DNA of 64,000 bases from Podarcis melisellensis (Eukaryota), in the NCBI GenBank assembly GCA_964234715.1, contig OZ174275.1. One strand, given 5' to 3'. The notes below the pieces were generated by a model, which was not told the DNA's origin, did not search any database, and saw nothing but the letters and a program-made list of their open reading frames with translations. Position 1 is the first letter of the stretch, and each line of letters begins with the position of its first letter. Position numbers and translations under genes: made by a program. Below are positions 36,701-48,700 of the stretch, in pieces.

Positions 36701-39700
36701 GTGGCCAGGTCAAGTTTTGTAAATCACCCAAATGTGGAGCAGCCATAGTAGTGGAGACAAAATATGACAAAACACAGCTACAGATAAAGTTGCGGCTACC
36801 TGGTGGTGATTTGTTATAAATATTATAAAAATGTTGTTTTGCTTGCCATGAAGCAGTGGTAAGTCATTACTTCCTCCACATGGTTGTGTCTTTGAGATTT
36901 CTCTAAGTAGAGAAATTTACAAATGTTCAATCTAGCCCTCAGTTAATGTGCTTTTTCTTAGCTACATCTGACAGGCACCCAATAACGCCCATCCATGTTT
37001 TGATAATCTCTTTTTTTTTAAAAACAATATTTATTAGAGTTTCCAATTATAACAATATAAAAAAAACCAAAACATTCCAATTTATAATCTTATTTTCCAT
37101 AACATTTTTCCAAGACTTCCCCTCCCCTCCCCCTCTTGTATTCCAGTTCTTACAAATAAATTCTGCAATTTCTTATCCCAAGTTTTGAACTTATTGTCAT
37201 TAACCCAGTTTAAAAATATTTTCCCATTTCCTAAAATTGACCTGTTCCCTTCCACGCGTTCTTCCCTTTAATATACATAATAGATTAAAAAATAATAAAA
37301 TAAAATATAATTTTACGCCCTTTGGATTCCAAATTTCCCTCCCCCTTTTCCCGGTTGCGTTCCCAATATTTATCAACATCTGATGTCTTCCTGGAGCTCC
37401 CACATTTATTTAAGCCATAGTCCTTTACCAGTCATCTTTAATTTTAAATGTCCAATCTTGGAAGAAGTCTATCTCAAAAAGGTCCATTTTTTCCATCCAG
37501 ATTTTTATATACTTGGGAGTAGAAACTCCAATTTTACTTCTTTTTACTTTTTCAAATCTGGATGTCCCAAATGTTCCCACTTCCAACTTTGTCCAATTCT
37601 TGTTGTTCATGTTGTTCTTGTTGATCTCTCTCCTCTTTTTCTCCCTTTTCTCTTCTTGTTTTCCTGCACAAATGTTCTAATTCCAAAAGCCTCTGAATTC
37701 CTCTGCAATGGCTCTGTTATTCAGGAACAAAACATAATGCCAAGTCCCTTCCATTCTTCAATAGATAAGTCTATTGTCTGCTTTAAGTATGTAAGCCTCT
37801 GTAGCCAAAATAGTATTCCATTTCTGCAGTTTCCCAGGAGATAAAAAGTTCTGTTCAGATTCAATGCCAACAACTTGTAATATCCCTCAGTTCCTCTAGG
37901 TGGATTGCAATAACTCAGTTCCCTTCCAGATCACGTCCACCAGTCAAAGTAACTTATTATTCCTTGTTTTAAACATTTTAAAACCAAATTGTAACAAATG
38001 TAACCGGCAAAGTCCTCGTAACAAAGTTCTCATTTTTGTTCTTCTGCTTTGACAGCTCTTTGACAGCTGTCAAAACCTCTCCTTGTCTTCTCCCGGCGCT
38101 CTAACGAAAACGCTCCCAGGTTCCGTGGGGGGTTTACTTTTTTGATCCAATTCCACTATTCTCCTCCAGCTCAGTCTTCTAACTTTCCATCGCGAAATTT
38201 AGTGACTTTATCAAAATAGGGTTGCGCTCGATCTTAGATATTAAATCCATTACTTTAGCTCCTCTACAACAGGGGGGGGGGCTGACTTCCTTTTTACGCC
38301 TCCCCCGCTCGTTCCGAATTTTTTATAAATTTATCGCCTTTTTTAATCCAAGTTCCAATTACTCACAGGTTGTACTTTAAGTCCGAATTTCCAATAGAAG
38401 AAGTCAGCGCTCTCCGTCGAATGGCATGCGGTTTCACTCGGCAGGGGAAGCGGAGGACTCAAAGCACCCCCCCCTCCGTCACCCGTTCCGTAGCCTTTAA
38501 AAAGGCTCCTTCGCGGGTCGGGGGGGGCTTAAAAGGTGCCAGCCGAGTCACCATGTCCATGGGTTTCAGCGCCCATGGTTTTTAAGGGTCCCCGCGTCGC
38601 CGGCGCGGGAGGACCCAGCCCCTGCCGAGCAGGCTCCCCCCGGAGCTCGGAGGGAGTCCGCCATTCGGCGATGGCGCCAACCCGGAAGTCTATGTTTTGA
38701 TAATCTCAGGGATCAGCTGCTCTAGCATGCTCTATGTGGGGCCACCCCCTTTAATGCAGTGGAAAACTTGCCACCAGTAGAAACGAAGTGGTCCAGCCGA
38801 ATTCAAAATGATGGTGATTTCCTAAAGTCCTTTATAGTCCAAATCCAGTACAGTGGTACCTCGCAAGACGAATGCCTCGCAAGACAAAAAACTCGCTAGA
38901 CGAAAGGTTTTTCCGTTTTCGATTTGCCTCGCAAGACGAATTTCCCCTATGGGCTTGCTTCGCAAGACGAAAACGTCTCGCGACGTCTAAAAACAAAGAC
39001 ATGTTTTGTTTATAAAGTTAATTTATTTTCCCTTCAGTTTTTGAACTGCTCTTTACAGTATGTGTGACTTTAAAGAGCAGTTAATAAACTGTTGTTGTAC
39101 CAAATTTGGCTTTGTTTAGACCTTTTTTGACCATAGGAACGCATTAATTGATTTTCAATGCATTCCTATGGGATTTCGTGCTTCGCAAGACGAAAAATTC
39201 GCTAGACGACAAAAATTGCGGAACGAATTAATTTCGTCTTGCGGGGCACCACTGTACATCTTTGGGAGACCCTGCTCCTAGACTCTCCCTTGTCTCCTGA
39301 AATTTGCAGGAAAGGTGCACTGGAATCACAGTGAGAGTTACGAGGATGAAGATCTGATTTCTCCATAATGATGCCCCATTCTCAAGAAAGACCTGCTGCA
39401 GAACCACTGCTGCCTCCGACCAGGGATACAGAGCATAGCCATAATGACTGGTAACTAGTCCGGAGGGGTGGGGAAGCAAGCTCAAGCATAAGTTCTTAAA
39501 AGCTTCCATTTAAAAACAATATTTTCCATAACAAGACTTAATTTACCTGAAAGTTATCCTTCCTAGCTCTAGGAATTTCCTGTGGTGGCAGTTCAGGAAC
39601 AAATTCATTCATCTTCTTCATATGTTCTTTCTGTTCTCTGCAGTCAAAAAATCATATTATTCATCTTAAATGTTCTTTTAAAAACCACAAAAAGTATATG

Positions 39701-42700
39701 CATTTGTCTTAAACAAGATTTTAAGAACCACCAGGTTTACTTATGTTCATCTGTGGCACCAACACTGTGGAATGCCCTCTCTAAGGAGGCCTGCCAGGCT
39801 GAGAAGCTAGTGAATTTTAAGCAACAAACTAAAAATTCGCTACTTTGTAAAACATTTAGACTAGTATTTCCAAAACTTTACACCCCTATCCACCTAGAGC
39901 ACTTGAAAATTGCTGAGCATCTTGCTGGACCACATAATTATTGTTCTGCCTATTATCACAATTGTAAAGCACGGTGAAAGATTATGTATGCTTCTAAATT
40001 GGGTTCTTATTGTTTCTTTTGTTTCTTATATAATATTTTATTGTACTACAACTTGGATTTTATGGAACTGATCTGCCCTTAAATATTTTTCATCTCGTTT
40101 TGCTTGGCAGTTTGCAATTTTAGGATTTTGGCAGGTTTTTTCTGCTTCAGTTGATTATTTTTAGCACATTTTGATTTGTTACTCTATTGTTTTAATATAG
40201 TACCGTTAGCCACTTTAGGCTGTCATTTGGCAAGCAGGAAACACAAATGTTTCCAACAAAATGTGCTACTTTCCTCAGTGCCAAAAATGAACATTTGATC
40301 CTTCACAGAGAGCATTTAGTTCCCAAGGTACATTTCTTTTTCACACCAGCTCAAATCTCATTGCAATTTCTGAGGATATCATTTTGGTGTTAAGAGAGAG
40401 AATTCAAGCCTTTGTGATCAGAATTCTCACATATTCCAAAAGGACGTCTGCAGGCCACTTTCCTGCAGTTCAGTAAATGGTGAAACACACCACTGTTGAC
40501 AACAGGAACTAGCAAGAGAGATTTTTCTACATATCAGTGGAAGCTGCATTGTACCGACTGGCAGCAGCTCTCCAGGGTTTCCCAGCCCTGCCCAGAGATG
40601 CCAGGGATTGAACCTGGGGCCTCTGCATGCTCTAGCACTTGTTCCTGTCTCAGGAGTTATAAATGTCACAATTACGTGCACTGCTTGAAAATCTAGATTT
40701 GATGTATCCATGGAGTGCAGTGTAATAGGACTGCCTGGCAACTTTACACAAGAGTAACTTAAAACCAAGCACAAAAATATGAAGTTTCCTCCTTTAAGGC
40801 AATATTAGTGTGAGTGGACTTTGTACTGCTTCGTGTGAACTGATAGACAATGCTGGGCCTTTTGTTTTCACTGGCTCCCTTTTCTGAATTTCTTAAAAAT
40901 ACTGCAGGTCTGCATGAACAAGGTTCTCCTGCCTGAATATTTACTACTCAGTTTTAAGGATAAGCATGATCACCGGGACGCGGGTGGCGCTGTGGGTTAA
41001 AGCCTCAGCGCCTAGGACTTGCTGATCGAAAGGTCGGCGGTTCGAATCCCCGCGGCGGGGTGCGCTCCCGTCGCTCGGTCCCAGTGCCTGCCAACCTAGC
41101 AGTTCGAAAGCACCCTCGGGTGCAAGTAGATAAATAGGGACCGCTTACTAGCGGGAAGGTAAACGGCGTTCCGTGTGCTGCGCTGGCTCGCCAGATGTAG
41201 CTTGTCACACTGGCCACGTGACCCGGAAGTGTCTCCGGACAGCGCTGGCTCCCAGGCTATAGAGTGAGATGAGTGCACAACCCTAGAGTCTGGCAAGACT
41301 GGCCCGTACGGGCAGGGGTACCTTTACCTTTATGATCACCGCCAGCTATGTTATCTGACTTTTTTCTAGCATAGGTATGCTATGCGCAGAACTGTTCTTG
41401 ATTCCATGGGAGGTTCTTCAACATTAAAAACACACCTATTTTAACTTCATTAGTTTAAGACTGATAAGAAGTGCTGTTTAAAGCATAGTTATCTCAATGA
41501 CCCTTGACTTATTAAACTTGCATACCCTTCCATCATCTAAGCTGACCAAAATGTTCAAAGCTATTTACCACCTCATTATATGCATTTTTGCAATTTGCAA
41601 GAGGGAATGCAAGGCGGAGGGGAGATGAAAAAGCAACGTTTTTGCAAAGCAAAATAAACAAGAACAGCAGCCAACTCACCGTAGCATTTTTAGCTCTTGG
41701 GCAGCCTTCAGGATTATTTCATGTTGCCTTTGACTAAGGACCATTACACCTCCCAGCGAGGGTTCAGAGGCTAAATTTGGCTCGTCTCCCAGCAATTCAG
41801 ATGAGCGTGGTGGCAGAGGTGGTGGATCCAGACGATCATCTAAACGTGGGAATCTGTCGATTTCATCTGAATACCACCTATCTGAAAATCTTTCCCTTTC
41901 CCAATCACCCCTGTCGGGTGGGAAATCGGATGGCTCCCTCCATGAGTCATGTCTCTCTGGATACTCTCGAATTCTGAGCTCCCCCCGGTCTCTGGAATCT
42001 CTGTCGTAGAAATCCCTCTCTCTCTCCTCCAGCCATCGCTCCTCACGGTACCTGTCTAAAGGAGGAAGTGGAGGAAGGGGTGGCAAAGGTGGGAGAGGAG
42101 GGATGTCCAGATCACTAAGCGTATCTCTGTCGCCCAGTGGTCTAAGGTAATCTCTGTCCCAGTCTCTTTCTGAATCACGATCATACATATCCAAGGGTCT
42201 TCGGACCCTGTCCAGATCTCTGTCTATCTCTCTCTCTCTCCCCAATGGCCTTTCCCAGTCATCCCAATATGGTTCTCGCCTATCAAGATCAGCAGATATT
42301 GGAGGTAAAGGAGGTAGAGGGGGAAGAGGTGAAAGAGGTGGCAATGGATGGCGGTGTGCTGACAAGTCATCTCTCTCATATGGATCAAGAGGATCATCAT
42401 GGTATCGCTGGTCACGCTCAACCCAGTATCTGTCTCTTTCCCAATCCTCCAATCGTCTGCGCTCTAGAGGAGGAATATCTTGGTATTCAAATGAGCGCTC
42501 CTCTTCCATGCCTGCCTCTCCATAAGACCATGGAGGCCTGGGTGGTTCTTCACGAAATGGAGGCAAATTATCCATACCACCTCCAAGGCCTGTGTCACAT
42601 CTGTGCATATCCCTCTCCCGGCTACTAGGCCTTCTGACTGGGTCTCTCTCCCGGCTACTAGGTCGCCGTCCTGGTCCCCTTTCACGGTTACTAGCCAGCC

Positions 42701-45700
42701 GGTCCAGTCCCCTTTCTTGACTACTGGGTTGCCTGCCAAAGCCCTTTTCCCGGCTATCTGCATGGCCTCTCTCTCTGCTGCCCATCTGGGGAGCTGGTTC
42801 CCTGTCTCTAGCTGGTAACCCTCTGTCTTGGCTTCTCGATTGCCTTTCCAATGCCCCTTCCTGGTTGCTTGACTGTCCACCCACCCCAGATTCCCAACTG
42901 CCCAATTGGCCCTCTGGCATCCTGTTGTGGGGTCCTGGCCCACTGTTTACATCTCTGCCACCTATATCTCTGGTCAGACCTCTACCTCTGTTTGGTACTC
43001 CCCTTCCTCTGGCATCATCAAATCGGCCTCGGCCCCTACCTCTATTGTCTTCCATTCTACCCTGGCCCCTGCCCCGGCCTGCTGGCCCTTTGGCCTGGTT
43101 ATCTCCCAGCTTGATTTGTCCCCTCTCCCGGCTTTCCAGTTTAGATGGCTCCTTGCTCTGATTATTTTCAGAAGAAGTCAGTTTGTTTTCTGCAGAATTC
43201 AACTCTTTATTTCCCATCGGCGCTGGTAGTAACATTTTCTTCTCCCCTGGAACAGTGGAACCTGGTGTCTGATGGAGAACACCCGAAGTAAGAGGTTTTT
43301 TTGATTCTTCTGTTTGCAGTTCAGTCTCTGCAGAGCTTGGTTTCTTTGTTTCTGACAATGTTTCTCTGCCCTCTTTTCTGGATGAATTTTGCTGTGCTTT
43401 AGACATGACTGTACCTGGCTGAACAGAACCAGTAACCTTTGTATCTGGTCTAGGTTTAGATTTATTTGCAACTGTCTGATCATTGCTCATATCAGTAAGA
43501 GATTCCTTATGTTCTGTCTGATGGTTCTGTTGTCCCAAAGGAGGCCTAGGCCCCCGCCACCGTGGTCCACTTGCTTGGGAAGCCTGCATTTGTGAAGTGC
43601 CTGAGGGAGTATAAAATGCTGCTGCTGGGCCCCGGGGGATTTTCCCCTGTTTGCCTGAAGATCCATCGACAAGCTGATTTTGAAATCTTGGCCTTGGACC
43701 ATCGAAACGTTGCCCTTGAAAATGAGGTCCTTGCTGTCTTGCAGGTTCAAATTTATCGAAGTCTCTTCCTCGAGGTGCATCAAATCTGTGTATTTAGAAA
43801 CGAGACATTTTATTCAAGTAATAGATTTTGTGAGACTTTTTTATATAAAACAACTCCATAAATCCTCTTGGAAACAGCTGCCAAATTAAAATCTCATTAA
43901 GTAATAACGATACACAAAATTCACCAAAATATTAGATTTGCTGCATGCAAATGGAGCATGACAGAAACAAGTATTGGATTCACCCATATCTATGCTCATC
44001 TTCTCCATCTCTTCCTCAGATAGAAAGGAATGTCTGACTCAAGGGTTAGACTCAAGAACCACCTTATTTGGTTCATGGGGTGAAAGATGTAGACACATGC
44101 AGTATTCTACTGAGTCAGGCGTCTTCATCCTTTGGGAAAAGCAGATAGAGGTTGAGGCACAGGTATGTGTGAGCCTGGGATTTACTTCCTGTCCTTTTAG
44201 GTGTAAGAAGTAGTGTCCGACCAAGTTCTGGGCTCCAGAGAGCCTAGAAGTCTCACACTTCAGAAAACATAATTTAAAAGCATTTATTAAATTATAAACT
44301 GAAGATGACAACTGAGATTACACTAGTGTTACAAAAAATAACAATTTGCAATACAGTATCTTCCTCTTCTCTGTTTTGTGTGTGCAAACAAGACACCTGC
44401 AGAACAATCACTTTTGCTGCTTACAGGTGGGCACTGAAGATGATTTTACTTAGGAAGACTTTTGCTTTGTTAGGTAGCTTCTAGTTGTTGGTTTTTGTTT
44501 TTTAAAAAACTATATATAAACTGTTGCTAATTTTGTGTAAAGTGGGATATTACTAAATAGAGCAGCAGGAACAAAAGCACAAACTCTGCTTTTGGTTTGT
44601 TTTTTGTGAGACCAGAATTATACATTTGGCAGCAGACCTGAGTGCCCTGTGAACAGCAGCAGTTGAGTGACTGGGAGAGGGGGCTTAACTCTGGCCCCAA
44701 TTCCCTTTTCACTGACAACCTCCCTCATGCTTTCCCCCAATATGCATTTGAGGCATCATGGAGGAAAGTAATTGCCATACTGGGATGTGCATGGATTTAC
44801 TCCTTCCTTCACCCTGCAGCCCACACCTGAGTACACTCTGCATGTAAGTTTTATTTTTAATTCTCTATTTCCCCTGAGTATATGGATGCCTCCATCTTGT
44901 TTGTGAGTGAAGCTGTTTTGACTACAAAGCTTCTGGCACTTAACCTCATTAGCATTATGAAGACTGGTACTACAGGCTCCCACAGATTTGGTTCAAGCAT
45001 TGCCCCTCACCAAGAGAATTATCAAGTAAAGAACAGACAATTCTATTGGTTTCTAAGGACACTCATGGTGGCTAAATTCCTAATGCTTCAATATTGGAAG
45101 GAGGAGTCCACCTGCCACCCCTGTGCACCATAATCATGGACAGAGGACATGATAAGAGGCAGCATATGAGAAGGTGACCTTCTGTAAACGTAAGGAAGAT
45201 GGGGAAGCCTCCTACTAAAGGTCTATTTACTTGAATATCTGGTCACTGGGTTTGTTCTGGACCACCAGCTGCTCCCCCTTTCCCTTTGGGAGCATTCAAT
45301 TAAAAAGCTACTAACAACACACAAAATGAAAAAAAAAAAAAGACCTGGCTTTGGGTATTTCAAGAAATACTCTGGAAGAACGTATAAGATTAAAATATAA
45401 GCATAAGATTAAAATAGGCCAGGGATACCATTGGGCGGGCAACAACCACTCAATGAGCACAGTCACATGAAATACTACGTCCTACTGGCAAAGCACACAG
45501 GATTACATAACAATAGTTAAGAGTGTTTCTACTGTACTATCATCCAAAACAGCATTGCCATACAAAAATGAGACAGAAAGGAAACCTACCTTGACACCCT
45601 TGGGCCTTCATGGTGCTGTCCCCTGGCAGAATCAGGAAACCCGGCTGACCTCCCTGGTCTGCTCTGATAGGTAGTAGTGGTGCTGGTGGTGGATGCAGAT

Positions 45701-48700
45701 GAGAAGGACACTGTAGAGTGAGGTTTTACTTCAGCAGAAGTTAGTTCTGATGAAACAGAACCAAATGGCATTGCCTGTTTGCCCAGAGGCGCATAAGAAC
45801 TGCCTTGGTCTGAAGTGCTAGCAGATGATGTCACATTTGAGTGGTAATTCTGGGTGGCAGATGTATCAGTAGTTTTAAAAGAAAAGGAAGCAGGGGTGGG
45901 AAGAAGAGGGGGCCTGGTTGCATCCATTGTAGCGTGGGTCGTGGCAGGAGAAACCGTAGCCTTAAATGAAAAGGAAGAAGCAGAAGGGGTGGGAAGCAGG
46001 CCTGGCCTGACAATATCCATGGCCGGGGTGATGACGGGTGTATCATTACCTTTCAAAGGAAAAGCAGGGGTAGGAAGCAGAGGTGGCCTGGTTGCCTCCA
46101 TGTTCTGGGAAGTGGCAGGAGACTCAGTTACTTTAAATGAAAAAGAAGCAGCGGTAGGGGTAGGAAGCAGACCTTGCTTGGCCATCTCCGTAGTCTGGGG
46201 AGTGGGAAGTGACTCTTTAAATGAGTAAGAGGCTGGAGAAGGAAATGGAGGTGGCCTGGTTGTCTCTGAGGCCTGTGAGGTGGTAGAAGACTCCGTTACT
46301 TTAAATGAAAAAGAAGCTGCGGAAGGAGTAGGAAGTAGACCTGGCCTGGGCATTTCTGTACTTTGGGTAGTGGGAAGTGACTCAGTAACTTTAAAAGAAC
46401 CAGGAGTAGGGTACAAATTTGGCCTCGGTGTTTCAGTGCTCTGGGTGCTCTGAGGACCAGATTCTTTTGAAATAGGCATATCAGACTTTTGTGGGCCAGA
46501 AGAGAATCCAGTGGAAGGTGGAGGCAGCGCAGCTGAGGGCAAAGGAGGCTGCCCAACGGACATACCACTTTGTACTGTTTGAGAATATGCAGAAAATGCA
46601 GGTGGCAAAGTTACACTCCCAGTATACTGACTGCTCATGTTCCGAAGTGACTTCACTTTCTCCTGAAGGTGGGTGTAAGTGACTTTCATCTGTCCCTGCC
46701 ACATTTTCCACTGTTTCTCACACTCATGAAGTTGGTCTTTGTGAGGGTAGGCCTGGATTTGATCCTGCCACTGCTGAAATTCACGTTCCCACTCCTTGTA
46801 AAGTGGCTGGAACTGTTTGTTCTGTGTTTCATAATGCTGTAGCTGCGTATCCACTGACATTGTCTGCCAGAAAGAAAAAGTAGTAAGGAACACCCTTTAA
46901 GTTAGTTCAATGTACTCACAATGCTTTAGACACAAACATATCTTAATTGTCGCATAGCAAAGCACAGGTCTGTACACTGAACACTGTTCATGCTTTCCAA
47001 CAGCTTCCATGAAATTGTTGTGCTTTAAAGGTGAAGCCATAGATTTGGGCCTTTGAACTTTATTTTTCTTTAACATCACAGTTTCACCCCCTACCAAACT
47101 AAAATGATTCTACACTCTGACTCTAAATATATTGCATGATTAAACCTACTGAAAAAATGGAAATTCTTTCTACATAGTCTATTTAGATTAGTGAACAAAT
47201 TTTTTAGTTTTCTTCTCACAAGGAAGATGCTTCAATATAAAGTATTACTTTTCTTCTTCTCGGTTCAATTTCTAGCCTACTCTTCATTGATTCACTATTA
47301 CAGGGCAGGTTACAGCATAAAACAAGACTGAAATGTTAGCTTCTTGTCTGCTTTTTCAGAAGTTAACATGTAGTCAATGAGCAAAGGTCTACATCAGAGT
47401 TGGGGAACTTTCTTCTCTGATGGTTCAGATCTGTATCTGCCTCACGGGTCAAAATTTGGCAGTTTGCCCATCAGTCATAATGATGTCAAGGTGATGATGC
47501 TCTTTGAAGGTGCACCCCCAGAGCAGCTCCAAAGAGGCTTGCTCCAGGAACACAAATGAGTTTGCATTGAAAGACCTGCTTAAATGGAGATCCCTCCCTC
47601 CACTTCAGCAGGGGCTTCAGTGCAAGTCCTAGAGCAAGGCACAATCTTGCCTTGGTTACTCACTGGTAGATCAGGATCGGCTGATGGGTGATTGAAGCAA
47701 GCCTTGCTCAAAGCAAAAGAATAATTGGGAGCTCACTTTACTCTCCCAGTTGTTCATTTGGAGCCACCTTGGTAACTGCTCCACACCTGAGGTGACATAC
47801 AATGTGGTGGGACGGAAGGCTGCGCTTTACCAAGAACAGCTTGCTGAGCCAAACTGGGACCTCTAACAGGCCAAAGCTGACCTGTGGACCACCATGAAGA
47901 GTCATGAAACTCTGTTAGCACCATTAAATTGTACTAAGTATCTCACTCAAGTGGGAAAAATATGGATCAAATCATATTACTTTAATGACTCACCGGCAAG
48001 TGCGACAACTGTATGATCTGTTGGTAGCGCTGTAGAATTTGTTGCAACTGTGCATGCTGCTGCATTATTCTCTGATACTGGAAACCCACTCGCTGCTGTG
48101 GATGCTGTTGCCATTGTGTGGCTGCTGCCTGTAGTTGCTGTAATCTCAAACTTTCCTCAGGATCCTCTGGTGGTTCAATGCTCAACTGGAGGAATAAGCA
48201 AATATCAAATAATAGAAAACTTGTTCAGTCATACAGCACATCAGTTATACAGCTCTAATCATTGTCGGTACTGGGGAAAGTAGTTGTACATGCCCGAAAG
48301 CAAGCAAATACAGAGGGTTTTGTCCCATCCTCCCCTTCTTCAACAAGTTAAATAGTCCAGGCACCGCATAATGTAAGTGCATGCCTATGGTAGAAAGTAT
48401 ATCTGATCACAAGTCAGAGCAGGATTATCCCAGTTCCTCCTTTTCAAATACAGATTTTTATTTTTATTTTTAGTGAGAATCTCCTACCAAAAAACAAAAC
48501 AAAAAACAAACAAAACAAAACAAAAAAACACACAACACTACTTCCCAAGAGCACTACTTTTGGTTGCCAGAACACATAAAAACTAAACAGGTATTTTACA
48601 ACTATCAGAATTTATTGCACTATCATATCTCTAGATATGCTAGTGAAATAAATTCTGATAGTTGCTCTATTCCATGATCTGTTGTGCAAGATACTGGATG

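Noticed and set aside
38851-39254. CRISPR-like array of cgcaagacgaa repeats
   Set aside because: Eukaryotic DNA; irregular subterminal repeats inside a TA-flanked MITE
41777-43889. Antisense and alternate-frame ORFs over exon 5 (similar ones over exon 4)
   Set aside because: Shadows of repetitive coding sequence
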